Part shown: positions 1-11,160 of the stretch, in pieces
How positions within the stretch are numbered: position 1 is the stretch's first letter
Layout: each line of letters opens with the position of its first letter
From: Adineta vaga
Lineage: Eukaryota > Animalia > Rotifera
Reading direction: 5' to 3'
DNA length: 64,000 bases
Assembly (NCBI GenBank): GCA_021613535.1
Contig: CP075492.1
Span: 1,984,001 to 2,048,000, forward strand
The notes under the pieces: model-generated
The model's input: only the letters and a program-made list of their open reading frames with translations
The model's database searches: none
What the model was told of the DNA's origin: nothing
Made by a program: the position numbers and the translations under genes

Positions 1-303
1 CGATTCTAGCTTGATTACCTTTAATTGATTTTCTAATATCATCGCCTAAGCCCCTTTGAGTGTAACGACATCGAGCATAAAAAAGTCTTTATTATATGAA
101 TAAAAATATACGATGTTTTAGTCGTTCTACGCACCCACATCCGTCCTGTAAAAACGAGTCTGTTCTCTTATTTTCTTTGTCATTTGCTCGTTCTTCTCGT
201 AACATTAATATATAAAAAAAAAAGCACGCCACAACACAAGAAACGAACGCAGTTGTCAATAACATACTCTATCGTCGTGTATTTACGACTTCTTGGTATA
301 AAC

Positions 304-1389
304 ATGGCGTCTCGCTTCAAAATACTTCTGGTTGAGCCAGAATCACAATCAGTTCTATTTCTCTTGGCAAATCTTTTGGTATTCATTTATGTTTTCTTCT
401 TTTTTATCGCGTGGCCTTACACATTGTTTTACTTGATTGCTCATCTTGCCGTCTTCTTTGTTATTAATAGACGCTTGTCAGGTGGCCGTTTATATATACC
501 AAGGAAAAATTTGAAAAAACAAACTGTCGTAGTTACAGGTGCAGCTACAGGAATAGGGCGAGTCACTGCTCTTGAGTTGGCTAAACTTCAAGCACATGTT
601 ATTGTCGGTATACGTGGTCAAGAAAGAGCTGAACGTGTGGCTCAGGAGCTAAGCAAAGAATCTCATGGAAATGTTATTGGTTATCATCTAGACTTAAGTG
701 ATTTATCAAGTGTTAAAGCATTTGCTGAAAAGATTGACGAAGTTGATATTTTGATCAACAATGCTGGAGTTGTAAAACAAAATAAAGAACTGACCAAAGA
801 TGGTTTAGAAAGTACTTTTGGAACAAATCATAGTAAGTCATATTTCTATAATTATTTATTATTTATCTGTCATCTTTTCTTAGTCGGTCACTTCTATCTA
901 ACTCAACTTCTTCTTCCTTTACTGATTCAGTCAAATGGACGAATCGTTAATGTGAGCAGTATCATGCACATTTTCGCTAGTGAAAACTTTGATTGGTCAA
1001 AAACTAATACTTACAACCACCATGTAGCATACGGGGATTCAAAATTAGCTAATATTCTGCATGTTGTCGAATTGCAACGACGCTATGGTGATCGAGGTAT
1101 CAAGGCCTACTCACTTCATCCTGGTGTCATTATTTCGACTAATCTAGGTGGCGAGAAAACACTTCTACTATCAGTTTTAGCAGCCTCAGTCGGTTTTTTC
1201 TCGAGAACGATCGCCCAAGGTGCAATGACAACCCTGTATTGTGCTTTGTCGGATGAAGCGCAACCTGGAAAGTACCACTCTAACTGTCGAGTAGCTCAAC
1301 CTAGTTCAATTGCCTACAACTGGGAAAAGGCTCAAGAACTGTGGGACTTCAGTGAACAAATCTTAAATGAAAAAGCAAAATATCTGTAG
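304..1389 (+). CDS. Short-chain dehydrogenase/reductase, RDH11/12/14-WWOX-like, with N-terminal membrane anchor; intron 833-883
   Basis: TGAATGIG (TGxxxGxG), NNAG, YGDSK (YxxxK) and LHPG motifs. ATG at 304. Removing the 51-nt GTAAGT...TTAG intron restores GTNHIGHF. Confidence 0.9.
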   Translation: MASRFKILLVEPESQSVLFLLANLLVFIYVFFFFIAWPYTLFYLIAHLAVFFVINRRLSGGRLYIPRKNLKKQTVVVTGAATGIGRVTALELAKLQAHVIVGIRGQERAERVAQELSKESHGNVIGYHLDLSDLSSVKAFAEKIDEVDILINNAGVVKQNKELTKDGLESTFGTNHSKSYFYNYLLFICHLFLVGHFYLTQLLLPLLIQSNGRIVNVSSIMHIFASENFDWSKTNTYNHHVAYGDSKLANILHVVELQRRYGDRGIKAYSLHPGVIISTNLGGEKTLLLSVLAASVGFFSRTIAQGAMTTLYCALSDEAQPGKYHSNCRVAQPSSIAYNWEKAQELWDFSEQILNEKAKYL

Positions 1390-1721
1390 TTTTTTTTTCA
1401 ATATCATAATCACTCACAACCTCAGACAGACAGGTGACAATCTTTTCATAAAGATAAAAATAGAGAAATGCCTACTGTATCTTCGCCTACACCCACACTC
1501 ACCATCTTTTTTTTTATTCATGACGTTTGAAGCATTAGTAATATCGTCGTTCTTATTTTCTTCCTATAGGTAAAGAAAAAAAACCGGAATCAAACGATCA
1601 CTCATATTACTAAAGTGAATCGTGTTTAATGATGTGCATTATACGAATATAGAGAAGAAAACAGAAAATAACTATTTGCATTTTTTATTTACATCAAATA
1701 AAGTAATCCTCTCAAATATAC

Positions 1722-3712
1722 ATGGCTACTGAATGCAATAATGTATTCGAGACGATCACTAGAAAATCTATTCGACGATTTCAAAATATTACAAATGATT
1801 CTGGAATTTATACAGTGATCTGGCTTAGGAAGAATTTCAATACAGATAGTGAACGTTTTGAAATACAGAAGAAATTGAAACGAGCTATCAATCATTTCAA
1901 AATTTTTGATGATTTAGATGAATGTGTTGATTATTTAACTGATTTAGAGAATCAAATAGTAATGTTAATAATCTCCGATGCATCTGGACCTATTATTATT
2001 CCTGCTGTCAATGACTTTCCACAACTGAAAGCTATTTATGTTTATAGCGTTGATAAGAAGATGGCAGAAGAATGGACGAAAGAAAATAAAAAAGTAAACT
2101 ATTTTTTTCTTCTAAGTTTCTAATTGATAAAATAATGATTATACTCTCTTCCTTCAAGATAAAAGGCGTGTATAAGCACTTCAAAGATATAATCACAGCA
2201 GTTTTAATAGATCGCCAAGTTCATGAACACATTGATTCTGATCCAGTTATGATTAATGTCTATAGCACACAAAGTACTGGTAATACATCAGAAGAAAGAG
2301 ATTCAAAAAATGCTGTCTTCATGTATTTTCAACTATTGATCGATATTTTACTCCAGATGTCCAATGATCAGAATTTAACAGCGAAACAAGAATTAATTGA
2401 TCACTTTAAAAGAATATATGAAAATGATGAAGTTATAGAAGAACTTGAAAATAGATATCAATCAGAACAAGCAATTTGGTGGTATTCTCGTCCATCTTTT
2501 CTCTACAGTACACTTAACAAAGCATTACGAGAGTCTGACTATGAAGTTCTCCTAGCACTTCGTTTCTTTATCAATGATCTATATCAACAACTAAAATATG
2601 AACATCAAAAAATTTTAGATACGCATAATAACAATGATGATGATCCTATTTTAAAAGTATATCGTGGGCAAAGTATATCTACTGATGAATTAAGTTATAT
2701 ACGTAAAAATGTTGGACAATATATATCGATGCAAAGTTTTTTAAGTACCAGCGTTGATCGACCAACTGGTCTTTTCTTTGCACAAGCAAGTGCAATTCCT
2801 TCACTTGATACAACACGTATACTATTTCAATTTAATATTAATACACATATGACTAATATAAAACCATATGTTAACATCAAAAATCTTTCATACTTTCCTG
2901 ATGAAGACGAAGTATTAATTACTTTAGGATCGATTTTTAAAATAGATCAAATAGAATATAATGAAAATGAAGAAATATGGATTGGTATTCTTTCTCTTTG
3001 TAATGAAGATGAATATGAATTAAAAGAATTAATGAAACAAATGAAAGATGAAATCAGTGAAGGAATTGGATCACTTGGATGGTTACTTTATAATCAAGGA
3101 GAATATGAAAAAGGAATGAATTATTTTCAACAAGTATTATTAGAATCAACAATCGATGATTTTGATAGATTACAATGTTATCAAGGACTTGGCGCTATTT
3201 ACATTGCACTTCAAAATTATGATCAAGCGTTGCAAAATTTTCAAAAGGCTCTTGAACTATCATCTAAAGACAATGACACAGGATCTAATGCACCAATTTA
3301 TGCAAAAATTGGAGAAATATATTTCTTTAAAAAAGAATTTGATTTATCATTGTTTTATGAACAAAAAGCATTGGATATTTTTCTCCCTTTAAATAATCCT
3401 GAATTATCTGATGTCTATCGTACAATGGCTCATATCTATTATGAGCAAAATAACTTCAATTTAGTTCTTGAACACTACGAAAAAGCATTGGAAGTAGATC
3501 ATCAACATCTTCCAGAAAATCATTATAATTTTGGAATTACATATGAAAGTATGGGCTCAGATTATCATAATATTCGAAATTATCGAAAAGCTGTAGAATG
3601 TTTTACCAAAGCTCGTGATGTTTACTTAAAATCATTACCACCAAATCATTCACGCATTTTAATTTTAGAAGAAAGTATTTCTAAAGCAAAAACTAAACTG
3701 AATAATAATTAA
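1722..3712 (+). CDS. Receiver-like / mono-ADP-ribosyltransferase (R-S-E) / TPR protein, copy 1, intact (exons 1722-2093, 2159-3712)
   Basis: The 65-nt GT-AG intron 2094-2158 joins ENKK|IKGVY in frame. ART motifs VYRGQ, FLSTS, DEDEVL. C-terminal TPRs. Confidence 0.85.
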
Positions 3713-3889
3713 ATTCATTTGAAATATCTATTGTATCAAAGAAAAAATAAAGTAGAGTACACTATACAGCGCGTCATCTATTAAATATTTTCGTAATTTG
3801 TGTATAACTGTATACTACCAATCCCAATTTTTCGTCTGGTTCGATCTTCGGTTTGGGATTCGACTATAATTATTATTTGTTATCTATAA

Positions 3890-6346
3890 ATGGAGAGAGA
3901 GAATAACATCCGTCAGGTCGATACAAATGTCGTATCATCGTTAAATCTGAAAATAGCTGATAATTTTGTTGAATATATTGTAATAATCGTCGGTTTGAAT
4001 CATGATAAAAATTTATATGACGATCTTACAAAAGTGGTTAAAAATGATCGTATTAAATCATTCGAGGATATTGAAACAAGCCTTCCATTTATTCAATCCG
4101 AATTGAATAAAGATATTTTCTTGATTATTTCTGGTACGTTAGGAGAGGAATGTATTAATCGAATTGTTCATGAAATGCAGACTGTTGCTGTTTATATCTA
4201 TTGTATGGATGAAAATAAACATGAAAAATGGACAAAATAAATTCAAAAGGTTCGATGTACAACATCCGATTTAACAAAATTAATTCGTCAACTTCATCAA
4301 GATATCAAAGAATTCTCTAGTCGATGGCCTTTTGAGGAAAAATCATTTGAAAAATCTTGGACATTTTCATCTCAATGGTATCATTTATTTCTTTATGTAA
4401 TTTGTAATCGATCGGAATCGATAACATTATCGTATCACAATATGTTCAAAGAATGTCGCGAATATTATAAGAATAATTCATCGATGATTAGAAAAATTGA
4501 TCGATTCGCACAACAATATCAATCATCAAATGCAATTCAAGAATATACACGAGATAGCTTTCTTTATCGTATTGTTAACCATGCTCTACGTACACAAAAT
4601 ATGAGACTTATCAGAATATTTAGTCCGTTCATTCGAGATTTACATTATCAACTATCTACATGGAAAAAGAAGAATTAATACGAAGTGTTTATCGAGGACA
4701 ATATTTAAGTGTTAAACAGTTGGATCATCTTCGTTCAGTATGGAAAACAAATACTCCGATTATTACATTAACCACATTTAGTTCCACATCACTTGATCCT
4801 GATGTTGCATCGAATTTTGCATCTGCTCCTGATAACTTAATTTCTTGTTTATTTGAAATTATCATACCTGATAGTTATAATCATATCGAGAAAGATTTTT
4901 TCCCGAATAAACAAGTGTTTGCAAATATTTCTTCACTGTCCGATATGCCAGAAGAACGAGAAGTACTCTTTTCTCTCGTTACACATTTTCGTATAAAAAA
5001 TATCGAACATCAACATAATCATTTCAATCATTCTTGGTTATTAATTACACTGGAATTGGCCATGGATGAAGAAATTCGAAGTTCTTTTAGTGCTTACTCT
5101 ATCATTGAAGAATTAGAAAAACTAAAAGATTCACAAATCTATCATGATATTTTGGATATGTTAGAAGAAATCGTGAATGATGAGATGAAATTCAATAATA
5201 CAAACTGGACAATATGGTGGAATAATCTGAAAACTCAATGGGATCAGTGCCTTAAAGATGAAACACCATTAAATGTTATATTTTACGGCTGTTTTACTAA
5301 CTCGATATTTTGGTCAGAAAAAGTCATTGAAATGCACAAAAATCTCCTACACAGAATTCCTAGAATTGAAAACAACCAATCTTCATTTGATGATTTATAC
5401 ACATTTTCTAATTTCGGGAAGACAATACCAACAAGACGGATAGCTTTTTTTAAGAGTTCTTAGAAAATATTTGCAAACCAAATACCAAAAAGGTCTCATT
5501 ATTTTCGAAATTGCTGCAGATATGTATTCAAAAATTGGAGATATAGATAATGCATTAAAATGTTGTTGAAGAATATTGAACTTCGATCCCAATAATCTTG
5601 AGATAGGAAGAGAAATCGAAAACTTCGAAAAACCTCGAGAAGCTAACCAGACGAAAAATAAAGAACACAAAGAAGTACCAAATGATGATCACGAAAATGT
5701 TTCAGCAGCGGATGAAATGCAAAACACATTAGAATTAATATACCAAATTTTCAAAGATAACTCCACTGACATTTCTTCTATAGAACCATATGTTATACGA
5801 ATCTGTCGTTTGGCTGTACGCATGCAATCATGGTATGATGCATCTGATAGTCGAATTAATCTTCATTTACCATTCGAAGAGAACGACGATTTAATTTTCT
5901 TTCAGCTGTAAAAAGACATTTCAACAGTGACTAACGATGGAAGTAACAACCGTTCACTTTCATTATATCGTTATGAAAAATATATGCATGAATGGATATT
6001 ACTTGGACAATTAAAGTATTTTTTACTATCATTTCACAATAAATTTACAAATATTACCACTGAATTTCTTCTTGAAATCAATCGATTAATGAAAAAACTC
6101 GATGTATTAATTAGTATATGTACGATTTATATATGTATTGAATCAGACAGTAATGAAGTTAATGTGGATAATATTCAGTTTATCAACATGAGTAAAATAC
6201 AAACAACACACCATATTTTATCTGATTTTTACAACAGCGAGTTAATAGCTGCACTTAGAGTTACTGAATCAGAAAGTTCAATAACTCATAATGATATTCC
6301 AGACAACAAAAGAATAGTGCCAACAACCTTTGATAACTTTCTCTAA
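3890..6346 (+). pseudogene. Receiver-like/ART/TPR paralog, copy 2, disrupted
   Basis: In-frame TAA at 4238-4240, frameshift near 4660-4678, and further stops/frameshifts near 5460 and 5567. VYRGQ, FSSTS and EEREVL are retained. Confidence 0.75.
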
Positions 6347-6638
6347 ATAAATGAACAAAACTTGCGAATGCGGGATTAATATTCAAAACTACTACTAACA
6401 CCCACACCCTTATTCTCTGTTTTCTCTTCACTCGGTTTTTATCTACACGTGGATATATACACGTATCTTTTTCTTTCTTTTTTTTGTTATTGATGTCGAT
6501 GTATGAATATTTTTCTTTACTCAAGAATAAACACGTTTGTGCTAGCTTTTTAGGTATAACGAAATATTTTGTTTATCAGATCATATTTTAGATTTCAATA
6601 AGAATTACAATTATAGAAAACGCTGATTCTATTTTGCT

Positions 6639-7439
6639 ATGAATCTCATCGATCATATTGTAATCAATACTCGTGATGGCATCGATGAAGCAGTGACCTT
6701 TTTTGAACGCATGGGCTTCACTATCACACCACGCGGTTATCACTCAGTAGGTTCCATTAATCATATCATCGTTTTTAAAACTGACTATTTGGAACTGTTG
6801 GGATATCCAATCGGGAAGCCTTTAGAACAGTTGTCTGAACTTATTCAAGGTCCAGTAGGTTTGGCCGGTATTGCGCTCAAAGTTGATAATTCCGATCTGA
6901 TGCGAGAAACACTCATAGAACGTGGATTGACACCACGACCAACGTTCAATCTGTCGCGACCCTTATACTTAGGAAATAATCAAATGATGGATGTTAAATT
7001 TCGAGTGACTACCTTGGAGCCGAATTCAATCCTCGGAAGTGATCTCTTTTACTGTCAGCATATCACACCGGAATTGGTATGGCGTCCTGAGTGGCAGACA
7101 CATGCGAATGGTTGTATCGGCATGACGCGGCTTAGCATCAATGTTAACGATCTGAAAGCAGCTTCTGAATTATATCTTCGTACTATGGACGTCATTAAAC
7201 TCGAGAATACTGAAACACATAATTGTATTATCCGTTTACCTAATTTTGAAATTACACTAGTTCATAAGAGTGATAAACCCTTGGGTATGTTCAAACTGGT
7301 ATTCGGTACAGATTCATTAGAAAAAGTGACTCATACTCTTACACAAAGTGGAGTCAACTACCAAAAAGAAGGTGAACGTATTATTGTTGATTCACTACCT
7401 TATATCGGTTGCATACTGGAATTTGAATGTATAATTTGA
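6639..7439 (+). CDS. VOC/glyoxalase-like (Glyoxalase_3-type) protein, bacterial-like, intronless
   Basis: DHIVI...GFTITPRGYHSVGSINHIIVF..DYLELLG and FYCQHITPELVWRPEWQTHANG signatures. Confidence 0.8.
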   Translation: MNLIDHIVINTRDGIDEAVTFFERMGFTITPRGYHSVGSINHIIVFKTDYLELLGYPIGKPLEQLSELIQGPVGLAGIALKVDNSDLMRETLIERGLTPRPTFNLSRPLYLGNNQMMDVKFRVTTLEPNSILGSDLFYCQHITPELVWRPEWQTHANGCIGMTRLSINVNDLKAASELYLRTMDVIKLENTETHNCIIRLPNFEITLVHKSDKPLGMFKLVFGTDSLEKVTHTLTQSGVNYQKEGERIIVDSLPYIGCILEFECII

Positions 7440-8040
7440 AGAATATATTATGTTATAATTCTTTTTTACATCCATCTAAACTTTTAAGATAATATGTTTA
7501 GGTGATTAGAAATTGTAAAATAAAGAGTTTAAGATATTATTGAATGTGTTTATTACTGTTATTAGAATAGGATAGGTAAACTGTGCCTATATAGATGTAA
7601 ATCAAATACTATGAAAGCTATTTTTGCTAACTGAAGGTATAAAAATGATTATCAATAGTATTCCAAGAGTAGGAAGAGAGATCAAATCTTAAAAGTCATG
7701 TCCTAAAACAATAATATTGAACGTAACTACTGAAACGAATGTGCGTCAACATTCTGCCATTTTTCTTTCGGTGGGTGTGGGTTATGAGCATAGCCTAATA
7801 CATCCACACCGAGCCTATAACCCTTTCTTTCAGAAATGGGAATATAGTATCATTAACTTTCTTTCTCAGGTGTAGAAAACTCTCGAAAAAACTGATTTAA
7901 CGCATATACAAATTATTGCATTCACAATAATTAATAAAAAGTGTATGCTCACTGACTATTCTTATTCTTTTATTTGTACTTTTCGTTTACATATTAAACA
8001 TATTAGATTTTGTAGTTCTCTTTGAAAATTCACATATATA

Positions 8041-9231
8041 TCATTTATCTCGATTAATATTATTTGTTATATATTGTCCAATTGGTATTCCAATATAAAG
8101 ACTATGAACAATACTTCCAATAGATAAAAAAACATTTCGACCAGTTTCATCAAGATTTGCCATACAACAAATAATTATAGACCAATTTTTATTTAATAAA
8201 TAATATGTCAATGTATCATAATGTTTTCGTTCACCCATATTATGAATATCATCCAGCCATTGACAACTTCCATCAGTCCATTTATAATTTCGGTGATGTT
8301 TTTCAATAAATTTAGCTTTAACGAATTGAAATGCACTGGCTGTTTTGTCAAGTGGCGATTTGAGTTGATAAGGTGATGGTATTGTAGAGATTCTTGTATC
8401 ACTTAGTGTAATCAAATCGTTTGAAATATTATCGAGCGTTTCAACAACAGACGAAGGATTTTTATATGATTCTAATGTGTTGCGAATTAATTGTAAACCA
8501 AAATCGAGTTGTTCAATAGTCCATTGACGATCTGGAAATGCAAAGGCTTTATCAGATGTTGTCATCAAATACAAATATAACCGTTTTGCTGATGTATCAT
8601 GTTCTGCATCCGGCGGATCTATGAAAATAAAGAAAATATAAAGAAGTTCATTAAATGATTCATTCTAAAATCTCAAATCTTGATAAAAAAATGGTTTTAA
8701 CATTAGAACTGGACAAGTCAATTCAAGTGAAACGTTTTTAAAATGAATTATAACAAAATCATTTCTTGTACATACGCGTTATACTCGAAACTGTATCAAT
8801 AATTTTCATATTAATTTTTGTTGATACTTGTTGATGTGGTGCTAAGTTTGTATTTTTATCTCGATTATTTCCTTGGACTATTTGTGTTATCATCCAAAAG
8901 AAGATTGCACAAATACTTGATGCATCAATTGTTGGACTACGTCGAATAAAATAAAAGAGATCATTTTTTCTTTTGCACTCATATGAGATATATCTTGTTT
9001 ATCTAATTGAGGTACACGATACCATCGATTACGTCTTTATCAAATGTTTCAATATATGCTAAACCAAAATCAATTACAAATAATTGAGTGTTCTCAACTG
9101 GATCACCATATTTTTCAAAAGTAATCATTATATTATCAGGTTTAAGATCACGATGCACGATTCCTTTCGTATGAACTCCTTCCACAATATGTAATAACTT
9201 TTCTGTAAGACTAAGTGCATCAAATAAATTT
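8041..9231 (-). pseudogene. 5'-truncated protein kinase fragment plus downstream exons
   Basis: HRDLKPDN and DFGLA in 9003-9231. No N-lobe seen. The reading frame begins at a telomere-like hairpin (9232-9295). Confidence 0.55.
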
Positions 9232-9295
9232 GGGTGTAGGTGTGGGTGTGGGTGAGAGTGAAGTAAAGAGCATACACCCACATACACCCACACCC
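9232..9295. repeat. Telomere-repeat-like hairpin (representative copy)
   Basis: GGGTGTAGGTGTGGGTGTGGGTG...CACCCACATACACCCACACCC. Confidence 0.8.
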
Positions 9296-9472
9296 TATTG
9301 TGCCATTATCAAAGACCGTAGAGCATCTATAGCACGACCATCGGCGACACGTACTTGAAGAAAGAGATTGACATCTAAAAGAATAGTGCATCGACGATTG
9401 ATGTAGTGCTCGTCAACTTCTAAGAATACAGGACACTTTCTGTAGAGATGCGTTGGCAAAAAGTCATAGATA

Positions 9473-9620
9473 CAAGGGGGGAAAAGCGCTACTCCGATAC
9501 TCCAGTCTACTCCACTCATACTCCAACGTACTCCAGCGATACTTCGCTAATACTCCAATCGTACTCTAGCGTACTCCAGAATTATTTTTGGAGTATTGGA
9601 GTAGCGCTTTTCCCCCCTTG
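9473..9620. mobile_element. 148-bp hAT-like MITE
   Basis: About 32-bp TIRs CAAGGGGGGAAAAGCGCTACTCC(G/A)ATACTCCA, exact 8-bp TSD CATAGATA (9465-9472, 9621-9628), internal TACTCC repeats. Confidence 0.85.
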
Positions 9621-9810
9621 CATAGATAGCAATGGAACATACATTGTTGAAAGCTAGTTGTTGTCTTGAAGTTAATACATCAAATTAAAATTTTCGAAAA
9701 AAAAAACCTAAAACCTCTTGCCAACTTAAAATGATAGAACCACATGAATCGAAAAAACTATGTTTTTTATTAGCAAGAAAAAATATTTGACTTTGATTGT
9801 CTCTTATAGA

Positions 9811-10452
9811 TCACGAATTTGGTTCATAAAAATTGGCCATACTTGTCATCTTCGAACTATTGGCTCTATTGGTCAGCTGGATCTGTGTCTGTCCTAGTTC
9901 TATCGATAATCTATGTTTTTCGTTAAAATCAAACAGTTCTTGTCTCAGATAAGTTTGAATACGATATCGATGAATACATAACCATCGGAACCAAACGAAT
10001 ATGATACATGCCATTGCCAAACTGGTACATCCAACTAATATATATTTTAACGTTTCAAGTTTAATTCCATTGGTGGATGAACATGCCCAAAAGATGACAG
10101 CAACAAATAGCCAAATAAAAATACCTGTGATAAGCACCAATCCAGTAAAATGACGTTTGCCGGAAGAAAACTCATATTTGATCATTAAATTATCTAATTG
10201 ATGAAGTAATTTAAAGACAATCATGAGAAAAATGATGGCGAAAAAGAGCAGTAAAAACAAATTTGCTTCAAACCAATCGCGTACACCAAATACGTTTACT
10301 TTTATGCGATCTTCAATTATGGAAACAATTGTATTACTAACATGTTGAGCTTTATCACCTATAGGATCGATTTGTTGAAAAATGCTATCCACCATTAGTT
10401 TCATCAAATCTTCAAGATTTAAGAGTTTAATTGACATGAAAGTTGATACCAT
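9811..10452 (-). CDS. Hypothetical membrane protein (about 3 TM)
   Basis: 213-aa ATG-initiated ORF with three hydrophobic stretches. Confidence 0.55.
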   Translation of the reverse strand: MVSTFMSIKLLNLEDLMKLMVDSIFQQIDPIGDKAQHVSNTIVSIIEDRIKVNVFGVRDWFEANLFLLLFFAIIFLMIVFKLLHQLDNLMIKYEFSSGKRHFTGLVLITGIFIWLFVAVIFWACSSTNGIKLETLKYILVGCTSLAMACIIFVWFRWLCIHRYRIQTYLRQELFDFNEKHRLSIELGQTQIQLTNRANSSKMTSMANFYEPNS

Positions 10453-11160
10453 TGTAATTGGATCGCTAATATGTTTTGATAAAGTTGAATTTGCAAGGAA
10501 TAGCAGTCACTTTTGTCACTCGGTTATTAGCAAACGTTCTTGACTTATATAGTATTGGAGAAGGAACGAAAATTGAAGAAAAATATAGGCAATATAGATA
10601 AATATCAGCTCCAACAATTCATCCATGACTTTTTGTGACTCATAATATCGACTTACGTACTGTACGGGCACCATTTTTCACACCTATACACGAACATATA
10701 CCTAAAGGTTTCGTACGCGTACTCAGTTTCGGTAAATTGCCTGTATACCTATTATTAACGATCCGTAACCTGTAAGAACTAGTCGTCCTGAAGATTCTTC
10801 ATCGCTCCTATAGTATACACTATAAAAATAGTATAGTGTTGTCCTTTGTGAACAGAGCTAGGATGCAAGTATTTGCGCTTGTACTTGATTTTAAAAGAAA
10901 GTTAACAGATGTGATTACTTCAATCTACTGATAGTTGATACCTTGCTGTACATTATATTCTCTCATGCTATGTGGGTGTGGGTGTGATTATGAGTGATTA
11001 AAGAGAAAACACCTACACCTACACTCACGCATTTGCTATTTCTTTCAGTTTTTATAAAGGAAAAGGAAAGGAAGAGAACATTATTTTCTACGTTATATTT
11101 TGCATTATTTAGTTTTATTCAACGTTAGCTCAAACAAAAAATACTTTGCCGACTGATGCC

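Noticed and set aside
61-204. TGTAACG...CGTAACA segment with AATAAA resembling a solo LTR
   Set aside because: Flanks (TTGAG/TTAAT) do not form a TSD and there is no second copy in the window.
9490-9590. TACTCC reiterations as a possible CRISPR-like array
   Set aside because: Units are only 6-9 bp with no spacers; they are the interior of a MITE in eukaryotic DNA.
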